This document shows positions 10,112 to 19,109 of a stretch of 64,000 nucleotides of DNA, one piece after another (within the stretch, counting starts at the first letter, position 1; every line of letters begins with the position of its first letter). The stretch is from Promethearchaeota archaeon. GTDB lineage: Archaea > Asgardarchaeota > Hermodarchaeia > Hermodarchaeales > Hermodarchaeaceae. Location of the stretch: the NCBI GenBank assembly GCA_048938385.1, contig JBHLMG010000006.1, positions 41,870 through 105,869 on the forward strand, given 5' to 3'. The position numbers and the translations under genes were made by a program. The notes beneath the pieces were generated by a model, which was not told where the DNA came from, searched no databases, and worked only from the letters and a program-made list of their open reading frames with translations.

Positions 10112-10848
10112 GATTGCTCCTCCTCTTGGCCAAGATCAGTCCCGTAAACTGAAGTGTCGGTATGAAGTTTTCCATATTGGAGGACAAGAATGCGGTCTGC
10201 AGCACTAGCAACTTCAGGATCATGAGTAGCAACTACAAGCGCCTTGTTATGATTGTGAGCGAGTTCTTGGAATAACCGAATAATTTCCACTCCAGTCGTC
10301 GTATCTAAGTTACCAGTGGGTTCATCTGCAAGGAGAATAACAGGCTCATTGGCTAATGCGCGTGCAAGAGCGACCCGTTGCATCTGTCCCCCAGACATTT
10401 CGTTGGGATATTGTTCTGCTGAGTCTCGCATCCCAACCATGTCAAGAAGATCGAGGGCATGTTGAATACGCTCCTCCTTCGAGATATTGGCAAAAATCAT
10501 CGGTACTTCAACATTTTCTCGAGCGTTCATAATATCTAGAAGATAAAATCCTTGAAACACGATGCCGATTTTATCTCGACGAAGAAGCGAAAGCTCAGTG
10601 TCGCTAAGCCCATTTAGGGATGTATTGTCGATTGATATTTCGCCTTCTGAAGGCTTATCAAGCAAGGCAAGGAGATTGATGAGAGTAGTTTTCCCACTCC
10701 CACTAGCTCCCACAATCGCTACAAACTCACCTTGCCTAACTGTGAAATCAAGCCCTTTTAGCACCTCGACTCTTAGTTCGCCCTCCTCATAGGTTTTGAA
10801 TACATTTTTGCAATCAATAACAATGCGGTTGGAAGACAATCTCTGCAC
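10108..10848 (-). CDS. LolD/MacB-type ABC ATP-binding protein
   Basis: GASGSGKTT, MSGGQMQRV, LADEPTGNLD, ATHD; ATGA overlap with the downstream permease. Confidence 0.92.
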   Translation of the reverse strand: MQRLSSNRIVIDCKNVFKTYEEGELRVEVLKGLDFTVRQGEFVAIVGASGSGKTTLINLLALLDKPSEGEISIDNTSLNGLSDTELSLLRRDKIGIVFQGFYLLDIMNARENVEVPMIFANISKEERIQHALDLLDMVGMRDSAEQYPNEMSGGQMQRVALARALANEPVILLADEPTGNLDTTTGVEIIRLFQELAHNHNKALVVATHDPEVASAADRILVLQYGKLHTDTSVYGTDLGQEEEQS

Positions 10849-11046
10849 CTTGGTCTACATGATCGGCGGAACCTGTGGATAGCTGAAGCTGCATCTTTAA
10901 TCTCAGCTTTAAGTGGCTGGCATGTACAAAATTCTACTTTAGAAGTTATCGGTTCTGGCAGCAATTATTTTTGTAAGCGGTAACCATGTCCTCAGATTTT
11001 AAAATGAAAGGGTCATGTTATGTGCAAGGATGCAAGCATGGTACAA

Positions 11047-11987
11047 CTAAAGTTTTGGGAGCACTTTTTTGCCAAGAATTTGCATCTGCTCAACTTCTTT
11101 GTTGTGCGGGAACATGAAAATCACATCAGAGACGCCAAGATTTTGGAATTGCCGAAGCCGTCTAAGCATCTGAGCCGTTGTCCCCCAAAGCGCTTGATCA
11201 ACTCGAGCACGATATTCTTCAGGTGCGATTTTCCGTTCTTTTGCACCTTCGATTATTGCAGTCTCCCTTTCTTGTTTTGATTTAAAGTGATTGGTCCACA
11301 AGCCCACTGAGATTCGGACATCATTCACATCCCGTCCATATTTTGTACAAAGGTCTGATAGGCGTTGTAATCTGGGCTGTAATGTCTCAGGTGTACTCAT
11401 CCAAGCAATGTTGATTCCATTTCCATATTGTGCCGTTACGCGCAGCATCAGTTCTTTGCCCTGTTGTGCCCCAATCCAAATAGGCATGGACGCTGCAATG
11501 GTTTGGGATAGGAAATAACATCATTAACTTGGTAGTATTTTCCTTGGTAGGTGAATCGCTCGTTGGCCCAAATGCCCCGAATTATTTGCACCGCATCTGC
11601 TAACTGGTTAATCCGTGTTTTAGCATCGGGAAACGGATAACCGTAGGCATTGTATTCAATTTCTTTCCATCCAGCACCAATCCCAAATTCCAAACGCCCT
11701 TTTGATAACACATCTAAGGTTGCAGCCATTTTTGCAGTTAATGCAGGATTTCGATAACTCTGACAAAATACCATACTACCGACACGAATAGTAGGATTCT
11801 GTTGAGTTAATGCCACCATTAGCAACCAAGGATCTAAAAGAACCCGATCTGTGGCGTTCTTATCCAGCATAAAATGATCGCTAAACCAAAGAGTTGAATA
11901 CCCATATTTTAAAGCCATGTCAGCGATGTAGGTGATGTCTTCAAAATTATAACCAAATTGAGGTTCTATTTGAACACCAAAATTCAT
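11047..11987 (-). pseudogene. LLM-class (luciferase-like, probably F420-dependent) oxidoreductase split by a 1-nt frameshift
   Basis: N-terminal half (WFSDHF, DPW, YRNPALTAKMAATLDVLSKGRLEFGIGAGW) reads to ...PKPLQR. The expected continuation MPIWIG... is in another frame at CAG CGT CC ATG CCT (~11488). Could be a sequencing error. Confidence 0.8.
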
Positions 11988-12101
11988 TCTTACTCACCAT
12001 CCTCGTGGAGCGTCCAACTAGTCTCTCATTGGGGGGAGCTTAAATAACATTAACTCGCTAACCCAGCGAGTAGAGATAAAGGACATGGAGTTACAAAAAT
12101 C

Positions 12102-13148
12102 ATGCCCGTCAAACTAGCGGAGATCGTTTCAGAGGTTAAAGATTATTGGGGATTACGTCGAAAACAGCCAATCGGCAACCTAGTCAAGGTGTTACGAAGA
12201 GAGGGATTCAAGTGCCCCCATGTTTTATCTTCAATTGGTGAGGATTCCGCAGCAATTGATCTGGGCGGGGACAATCTCATTCTCTTGTCAACAGACGCTG
12301 TCATTCCCGAGCTAGCGCAAGCTAAACCCTATATCGCTGGTTACGCAGCTATTTTGGTCAATGTCAACGACATTTATGCTGCTGGTGGTCGTCCGATTGT
12401 AGCTATGGTCAATATTGCCTTTACAGACCTTGAAGTGGGAGTTCAGATGATGGAGGGAATTTGCGAAGCGGGCCAGAAGTTTCGTGTTGAGGTAGTGCGG
12501 GGACATACCACACCAAACGCACCAATGAATAGCGTGAGCGCCTCGATTTGCGGGACGGTACCCCGTGATAATTATGTCAGCGCAGGCGGTGCTCGAGAAG
12601 GAGATCACCTAGTTCTTGCCATTGATCTGCAGGGCCGTGTATCACCCAACTATGAGTATGGATGGGATACCACAGCCCTCAAACAATCTGCAGAGATACT
12701 GACACGGTATGAAGCCATGCGCGTTCTATCAGACAAGAATCTTCTGAACGCGTCTAAGGATTTGAGTAATGGTGGTATCATTGGAACGATTCTCCTAATG
12801 CTAGAGTATGCTCAAAAGGGTGCAGAGATTGATCTCGAAGCAATCCCGATTCCTAAAGGGTTGGATCTCCGCACATGGTTGAAGATGTACATTTCTACAG
12901 GATTCGTCATAGCTACGTCACAGGAGCGAGTCAACCAAGTGATTTCGATTTTTGCTGAACATAAGCTCCATGCTGCAAAAATCGGAAATGTGAATGACAG
13001 TCAGAAACTAGTTTTAACTTTTGACAAGGATTCGATGACCATCTTTGATTTTCGTAAAGAAACCATTGTTGCACCCCCTCCTCCACCTCAGCTCAATCGA
13101 GTCTCCGCACTTGAGGAAGATCAACCCACGAGGAAAAAGAGAGCCTAG
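12102..13148 (+). CDS. AIR-synthase-related (PurM/ThiL/HypE fold) protein
   Basis: GEDSAAI, VNVNDIYAAGGRP, GHT, SKDLSNGGIIG motifs. Confidence 0.8.
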   Translation: MPVKLAEIVSEVKDYWGLRRKQPIGNLVKVLRREGFKCPHVLSSIGEDSAAIDLGGDNLILLSTDAVIPELAQAKPYIAGYAAILVNVNDIYAAGGRPIVAMVNIAFTDLEVGVQMMEGICEAGQKFRVEVVRGHTTPNAPMNSVSASICGTVPRDNYVSAGGAREGDHLVLAIDLQGRVSPNYEYGWDTTALKQSAEILTRYEAMRVLSDKNLLNASKDLSNGGIIGTILLMLEYAQKGAEIDLEAIPIPKGLDLRTWLKMYISTGFVIATSQERVNQVISIFAEHKLHAAKIGNVNDSQKLVLTFDKDSMTIFDFRKETIVAPPPPPQLNRVSALEEDQPTRKKRA

Positions 13149-13204
13149 CCATAAATAGGAGTATGTGGTAAACATTTGTATGAACACACCTTCTGGTGAT
13201 TAAG

Positions 13205-13798
13205 ATGGCAAATGAGGAAAAAGACTGGAATGCTGAAGCTTCGAAAGTAACCAAGACCGTTCAAGATTTTGTAGAAGAGCTCGCAACGGCTGTTATGGAA
13301 GAGAGGCAACTTAGAGAGACTGCAGAAGCGCGGATAGAGGAACTCATGAAGGAGTTAGAGAGCAATAAATCCAAAGCCGAGCGGTTGCAGCGGACCGTCA
13401 ATGAATTGAAAGTCTCTGCTGACGAGGGATCTAAACTCCAGACCGAAAATGAAGCCCTCCAATCTGAACTTAATGCCATCAAGACTCAGCTCGAGAAGAT
13501 GTCGACTACTTACAAAGAATTAATTGCTGAACAAGAAGCTACTATCCCTGTACAAGAGCTTCTGGCGTTATACATTGCTTTGCTCGAAGAAGTGTTCTTT
13601 GCTCAACCTCATGCCAAGACGCTCTTTCTGTTGCATGGCCGAAAGAAGCAAATGACCCGTGATGAAATTATTAAGACCGCAGGTCACGAAGCCACGGCAA
13701 TTCGTAAAGCCTTAGGAGATTTATCCCGAGCTAACCTCATCGATTATGATGTTGAAAAGGGAAACGCTCAATTGAAGAAGCGCCTCTATCCAACCTAG
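13205..13798 (+). CDS. Coiled-coil protein with C-terminal winged helix-turn-helix
   Basis: About 110 aa of heptad-rich E/K/L/Q helix, then PHAKTLFLLH...MTRDEIIKTAG...IRKALGDLSRANLIDYD. GGTGAT ribosome-binding site before ATG 13205. Confidence 0.7.
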   Translation: MANEEKDWNAEASKVTKTVQDFVEELATAVMEERQLRETAEARIEELMKELESNKSKAERLQRTVNELKVSADEGSKLQTENEALQSELNAIKTQLEKMSTTYKELIAEQEATIPVQELLALYIALLEEVFFAQPHAKTLFLLHGRKKQMTRDEIIKTAGHEATAIRKALGDLSRANLIDYDVEKGNAQLKKRLYPT

Positions 13799-14805
13799 AC
13801 TTTCAAATCGGTTAGCAATTGATTGAAGCGTGGAAGAGAATGAAGATTAGCGGTTAACGAGCACAAATACCGGCTGAGCTCAGCATTAATTATTCGTTCC
13901 AAATCAGAAAGGGTTTTACTGTCAGCTGCACGGTCAACTAGTTCACTAGCGCTACGATAGATTACTCCGACTACACGTTTTTCAATAGTAGGCGGTCCCC
14001 AATCAAAGGATCGCAGAATCCGTTTAGCCTCGTTAAGACTCAATTTCACGGAATTCGCTCTGATGGCGTTAGCAAGTTGTTCGTAAAATTCCCCTGAAAT
14101 GGTGACGATTTTAGTGCTTTCACGACTAGTCAGTTCTGTCCCCATTGTTCCTCTTCGGAGGAGTTCTTGCATCAGTCCAGCACAAGGCGCCTCAGCGAGG
14201 AAGCGACGGATTAAATCAAAGAATACCTGACTGGCAATCTGAGTGACCTTTGCGATGACTTCACTGGGTTCACTGTACCGGAAGAGTTCACGACACGCTT
14301 CAAACCAGTAGTTTGGAAGAAGGATGTGGCTTCGACTAGAATATTTATCCAGCAGTTGCTGGATAGGAGGCAGGAGCTTATTGGGATCGTTGATGGAAAG
14401 GCGTCGCTGAAATGGTTTGCCGGTTAGTTCAGCAAGGTCTTGAGTCGCCTCGATCACTAATCGCTGTGCCGCAGCGATGGGTTCTCTAACATCAGTTGTT
14501 GATACTTTGGCTTTTCGCGAGGTTGCGAGCGAATCCAAGGCAGTTTCAATTCGACCAAGGTGAGTGAGAATAACTTTGATGGTATCATCCACGAAGGATG
14601 AGCCTGAGGTTGTGTTATCGTTTCTGGTATTTCCCAGTGCTTGTTTCACTGAATCATGAACAGCGCGAACACCGTTAGCGAGTTGATTAATTTGTCTAGG
14701 GCTTAAGTCACCTTCAGCCTCTAAGGTTATCAGGGCGTGAATGAGCGTGGAGTTTACTGTGGTAAGAATGAGAATGCGTTCCAGTAATTCTTCAGCTGTT
14801 ATCAT
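13795..14805 (-). CDS. Uncharacterised alpha-helical protein, third gene of the tubulin-like operon
   Basis: 336-aa ORF starting 26 nt after the tubulin-like gene; amphipathic helices, no TM segment, no recognisable catalytic motif. Confidence 0.7.
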   Translation of the reverse strand: MITAEELLERILILTTVNSTLIHALITLEAEGDLSPRQINQLANGVRAVHDSVKQALGNTRNDNTTSGSSFVDDTIKVILTHLGRIETALDSLATSRKAKVSTTDVREPIAAAQRLVIEATQDLAELTGKPFQRRLSINDPNKLLPPIQQLLDKYSSRSHILLPNYWFEACRELFRYSEPSEVIAKVTQIASQVFFDLIRRFLAEAPCAGLMQELLRRGTMGTELTSRESTKIVTISGEFYEQLANAIRANSVKLSLNEAKRILRSFDWGPPTIEKRVVGVIYRSASELVDRAADSKTLSDLERIINAELSRYLCSLTANLHSLPRFNQLLTDLKV

Positions 14806-14831
14806 CCTATCTCCGCTCCACGCATTTGGAG

Positions 14832-16181
14832 CTACTTAAGTTCGAGATTGAAAAGCTCAGCTACATCACGAATAGCAGCCCGTAAGACTTCTTCAGTGAC
14901 ACCTTTTGATTTCTTGAACCACCCGCGACGAAGAGGCGAGGGGCCTGCGTGTAAATCGACAAGTTCAGTAGCAGAGTTAATTAGGTCTTCAATTTCAGGG
15001 AGTTGGGGTAGACCAAGGAGTAATAGCAAATCAGAGGGGTGTGATTCATCCTCGAAGGAGACAAAGCAGGGAGTGATCGCGGCACCCTTTGCAGTGTATT
15101 TTCTTAGGGCTTCTTTGATATGCGGGTCGTATTCTGCTCGGGCAAATTCACGATTTCCAGAGAAGTTATAATAGGTAGAAGAGGCGTTTGGTTCGTTTCC
15201 GATTTCAGCGAAGCTACAGTGCTCAACGGCGTATTTGACCATTGTTTTAAGCTGGGTAGGGATGTTTCCAGCTGAGGGAATAATACTGACATCGGTGTAT
15301 AGACAGGGAACGACGATAGGGTCAAGTTTACGAGCATAGTCGGCGATGTCGGTGGTGGGAAATACTTCCTTGCCTGGTTCATTGACACCTGGACTGAGCA
15401 TGTGTTCGACAAACCGCAGAGCAAGAGGATTAACGAGTTCAACGAAAGCCGATTCTTGTGCTCTAGAAACCTCATTGGCCCCATCAACGGTGGAGGGAAC
15501 CATTCCTTCGATATCTGTGACTTTCGCCACATCGATCGAGAGTTGTCGTTGGAGGAAGTCAGCAACTTCGCCCTCACGCCATGCGAGGATTCGGCGCAAC
15601 ATAGCCCGGTTGCTCAAAAGGCAGACCAGATCTGCACCGCGGTCTTCAAGTTGGCCACGGAGAAGCTTGGATAAGGACCACATAGTGTTGAGAGCTTCAG
15701 AGGTTTGGTCTTTGAAAGGCAACACGGTAAAAACATAGACGAAGATTCGGCGACCTTCTTCTTCTTGGAACCGTTCTTTGAGAATCTCAATAAGGGCAGG
15801 TGAACCACCACATCCTGTTCCACCACCTGATGAGGTGAAGATGACAAATCCAGAGACGCCTTCAAAACCAAGTTGAGTAAGTTGGCCCATTATGACATCT
15901 TTAAAGTCGTGAACATAGTTGTACCCGTCAGTGAAGTTGCCTCCACAGCCAATGTCTGAGGCACCATAAAGTAGGGTATTTTCTTTGGGAATGTCATATT
16001 TTTGACGGAGTTTCTGGATGTCCGAACGGTCGGTATTCATACAGAGGTATCCTCGGATGCGTGGGGGTAACATGCGTTCCCGTGCCTGTTTTAAGTAAGC
16101 GCCCACAAGATTACTTCCGCATTCCCCAATGCCGATTGCGAAGACTTCCGCGACTCGTGGTGCTTCATCGGATGTTTCCAT
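14832..16181 (-). CDS. Divergent tubulin/FtsZ-superfamily GTPase
   Basis: T1 GIGECGSN, T2 MNTD, T3 GCGGNFTDGY, T4 signature SSGGGTGCGG, T5 VLPF, EALNT, T6 LLSN, T7-like TTDIAD. Confidence 0.9.
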   Translation of the reverse strand: METSDEAPRVAEVFAIGIGECGSNLVGAYLKQARERMLPPRIRGYLCMNTDRSDIQKLRQKYDIPKENTLLYGASDIGCGGNFTDGYNYVHDFKDVIMGQLTQLGFEGVSGFVIFTSSGGGTGCGGSPALIEILKERFQEEEGRRIFVYVFTVLPFKDQTSEALNTMWSLSKLLRGQLEDRGADLVCLLSNRAMLRRILAWREGEVADFLQRQLSIDVAKVTDIEGMVPSTVDGANEVSRAQESAFVELVNPLALRFVEHMLSPGVNEPGKEVFPTTDIADYARKLDPIVVPCLYTDVSIIPSAGNIPTQLKTMVKYAVEHCSFAEIGNEPNASSTYYNFSGNREFARAEYDPHIKEALRKYTAKGAAITPCFVSFEDESHPSDLLLLLGLPQLPEIEDLINSATELVDLHAGPSPLRRGWFKKSKGVTEEVLRAAIRDVAELFNLELK

Positions 16182-16210
16182 GGTTTCTCATTCCTTTTTT
16201 TCATTGGCTC

Positions 16211-18940
16211 CTATTTTTTCTTAGTCGTTTTTTTGGCTGTTTGCTGGGTTGTTTGTTCTCCTTTCTTATCAGCCATTACAGCGGCTAATTCACGAGCAGC
16301 CCATGAAAGATAGCTGGCAGTATCCTCACTGGTATAGGTTTCACGAATGCGTTTCTCAATTTCATTAAGTTGTCGATTTCGTTCAGCTTTTGGTGCTGCG
16401 GGGTTGTAATCTGCAAGGAAAATTCGTAAAGCTTTATGCCATTCATCTAGCTGCTTGATCCGATCCAGCCATTGATCCTCAAGGCTCCGAATGGTGGTGA
16501 AGATGTCTATCGCTTCTGGAAGGGAGTCTATGCTTTCTAGTTTCTCACGCATGTTCTGCAGAGTCTCTAGGGGGAATATCATTTGGCTGAATTCACGGGG
16601 TCGAGCATCATAGACCCGTTTAATAGTCGAGTAATATTCGGTGGTGTTTTCTAGTAATTGTTCAAATGCTGAGGCCGTCTTTGCCTCCATGTTGCGAAGA
16701 ATGTCCAAAACGCTGTTTTGTGCTTCAATTAAAGCCATGCTTATTTCCAAGACTTCTGTGACTTGTTCTGCAGCTAACGCATCTTGAACTCGGGCTAGAA
16801 GTGTCTTTAGTTTAACAACAATTTCTGCTTGACCATGTCGTTCGAGGAGATCGGTAACAGAGTTGAGGTTGCCCCAAACCTCGTTGGCTTTCATTCGGAT
16901 ATCCTTGAGTAACTTCGGTTCGGTAAGTAACTCCCGTAATTCATCAAACCGGTCAGGGAGCTCTTCGATATTTGCAGGGAGTTTCTCTTGGAGCTTGACT
17001 GATTTTTTCACATAACTATCAGTTTTGATACCCAGGGTGGTAGAGACATTGGTCAGTTCAGAATATGCCTTGATTTGTTCATTGAGAGTTTGGTTGAAGT
17101 ATCCAACAATCCGTTTTTCGAAGAGCTCGACAATATGATGCGCCTTACGGATGGCTTCCTCGTATGTTTCGCTTGCAGGGACAACGCCTGTTAGCTCCTG
17201 AATAGCGGCTTGCACTTCTGAGGGGATAGTTAAGTTCATGCCTAATAATTTGGAGACAGCAAGGCGGAGTTTCAAATCTAACCGGTATTTGAGGTTCTCA
17301 ATGGCATCTTGGGCTTTATAGAGGGCATCACCTTGGGCTTCTCGCGCAACCGCTTCGATTTCTTCAAAACTCGTACTGTTTCGGATTTGACCAATTGCAC
17401 TTTCCAAGAACTCTTCCATGGTTTTGAAGGATTCCCGATAAGTGGGTTTAATGACTTGAATCTCAGCTAATAGGGCATTAAGTTCGCGTTCCCAAGCTTT
17501 TCGGAAGAGATCAATGCGGTTTTCAGCGTGTTTTTGAAGTCGTGCATAAGCTTCGACGAGTTCAGGAAAGGCGATATCAGTACTTCGAACGGGGGCAGGT
17601 GCGGCGCCCATGGTTGTTTTATCTAATATTGTGGTAGCTGTTTCTGAGATGCGGGTAAGGAGAGCTTCCTGCTCGCGAATTTCAGCTAATAACTTACCGT
17701 GTTCATCAATAATCTGAGCAGCCACTTCAGAATATATTTTCACAAGGCTATTGAGGTCGGCTTTTTGGAGTTTTTTAGAGCTTCGTGCTACAAAGCCATC
17801 AAGTTCGTCAGTGTTTGGAAGAACCTTGCGTTTTACTGCTCGTGTTAACTCATCGATAATTCGCATAGTTTCACTACGAATTGCAGTTTCCACATTGGTG
17901 TTGTAGGCTTGTAAGCGTTCATAACTTGCAATGAGGGTTGCTAAATCAGCATCTTTAGGAACTTCTGGTGGAGGTGGCGGCAAAAAACTGGCTTCTTTCG
18001 AGATATTGGCGGTTGCTAGGGTACGGTTGAGCGTGTGAGCGAATTCGAGTAATTGGCGTCGTACCTCACTTGAGGCTTTTAGGATTTGACCGTCATATTG
18101 CTGGACTAAGCCAAGTAACGTCGTTAGGTTGGCTTCGTCTTCCAGTTGTTTAAAGATAGCATCTAACGAGGTGGAAATTGCCATTGGTACATTCAGATTG
18201 AGGCCGCGTGCTGTTTCTAAAAGGGCAAGTGAGGATTCGATACTGCTTTGGAGTTTTGCTCGAAGCGTGTCGACAACTTCGCCTCGTCGACTGGTCAGAT
18301 ATTCATGTTCCTTACGGAGTGTTTTACGAATTTCGAAAAGGTCCGGAATTGTATTAAAATCTACAACATCGCGTTCAGCACTAATTGACACATCACTAGT
18401 GTCAATACCCACGAAGCGATCATATGTTTTGATTAACGCTTTATTACGCTCAAGCATGTCATTGGCTTGCTTAAGGAGCGCTTCACGAAGTTGTTTAGAA
18501 ATTCCTTCGAGGTTTGATACAAACCGGGATATTACCGGTAAAACTACAGTAAATCCGCCTTGGGTTGAAGGGAAGGATAGCCGGTTTAAATCGCGACCTA
18601 GCTTGAGGTCAAAGGTCATGATAGTTCCCTTCAAGTCTTCAAGTTCTGTCATGTAAGTGCGCAATAGTTCGATGTGAAGACGCAAGGCTCGTTGTAAATT
18701 ATCTTGAATTTTAGGGATCCCAACTTCAATTTGTTTGGCTAGTCGTCGCTTCTTCAGGCCTAACGAAAAACTGGTTTTAGCGTCCCGATCAAACCCTTCT
18801 AGTGCTAAAAGTTCCCGTCCTACATCTTCCATAGCCGTTTCTGCTTCCGAAGGCAAAACGCCCATGATAGTTCGACATTTTACGCTAATATCTTTGAGTG
18901 TTGAATAGGATTTACGCAGCTCTGCTATCGATGTAGTCAC
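16211..18940 (-). CDS. Large alpha-helical repeat / coiled-coil rod protein, first gene of the tubulin-like operon
   Basis: 909 aa, L/E/A/K/R-rich, Pro-rich linkers (FLPPPPPEVP, GAAPAP), no Walker motifs or TM helix; ends 29 nt before the tubulin-like start. Confidence 0.75.
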   Translation of the reverse strand: MTTSIAELRKSYSTLKDISVKCRTIMGVLPSEAETAMEDVGRELLALEGFDRDAKTSFSLGLKKRRLAKQIEVGIPKIQDNLQRALRLHIELLRTYMTELEDLKGTIMTFDLKLGRDLNRLSFPSTQGGFTVVLPVISRFVSNLEGISKQLREALLKQANDMLERNKALIKTYDRFVGIDTSDVSISAERDVVDFNTIPDLFEIRKTLRKEHEYLTSRRGEVVDTLRAKLQSSIESSLALLETARGLNLNVPMAISTSLDAIFKQLEDEANLTTLLGLVQQYDGQILKASSEVRRQLLEFAHTLNRTLATANISKEASFLPPPPPEVPKDADLATLIASYERLQAYNTNVETAIRSETMRIIDELTRAVKRKVLPNTDELDGFVARSSKKLQKADLNSLVKIYSEVAAQIIDEHGKLLAEIREQEALLTRISETATTILDKTTMGAAPAPVRSTDIAFPELVEAYARLQKHAENRIDLFRKAWERELNALLAEIQVIKPTYRESFKTMEEFLESAIGQIRNSTSFEEIEAVAREAQGDALYKAQDAIENLKYRLDLKLRLAVSKLLGMNLTIPSEVQAAIQELTGVVPASETYEEAIRKAHHIVELFEKRIVGYFNQTLNEQIKAYSELTNVSTTLGIKTDSYVKKSVKLQEKLPANIEELPDRFDELRELLTEPKLLKDIRMKANEVWGNLNSVTDLLERHGQAEIVVKLKTLLARVQDALAAEQVTEVLEISMALIEAQNSVLDILRNMEAKTASAFEQLLENTTEYYSTIKRVYDARPREFSQMIFPLETLQNMREKLESIDSLPEAIDIFTTIRSLEDQWLDRIKQLDEWHKALRIFLADYNPAAPKAERNRQLNEIEKRIRETYTSEDTASYLSWAARELAAVMADKKGEQTTQQTAKKTTKKK

Positions 18941-19109
18941 TTTTCAGCCCCCAGGGTAAGTGGCTTACACTCACTTCTTTAACCATTGGGAAGTGTATTC
19001 TTAACTCTTTTGAGCGGACACAGATTTCTATTACAAGAACTAAATTAAAGTCAAAGCCCCTATTTCTCAACCTTCACCAATAATACCAAATAAAGATGGG
19101 ACAACGGTT

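Noticed and set aside
11488-11510. Programmed -1 frameshift at CCCAAAC in the LLM gene
   Set aside because: The heptamer is not in the X XXY YYZ register; a simple 1-nt deletion is more parsimonious.
12102-13148. selD or a methanogenesis indicator
   Set aside because: Lacks the N-terminal Cys/Sec-x-x-Lys of SelD, and this AIR-synthase-related family is not diagnostic of methanogenesis.
14832-16181. Labelling as ftsZ, cetZ or bona fide alpha/beta tubulin
   Set aside because: The motifs are mixed and the context is atypical; only superfamily membership is supportable without a phylogeny.
16211-18940. SMC/Rad50-like ATPase call for the 909-aa protein
   Set aside because: No Walker A/B, signature, hinge or zinc-hook motif.
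18941-19109. tubC-like centromere or iteron array upstream of the tubulin operon
   Set aside because: Only short inverted repeats (GTAAG/CTTAC, CACTTC/GAAGTG) are present, with no tandem direct repeats.
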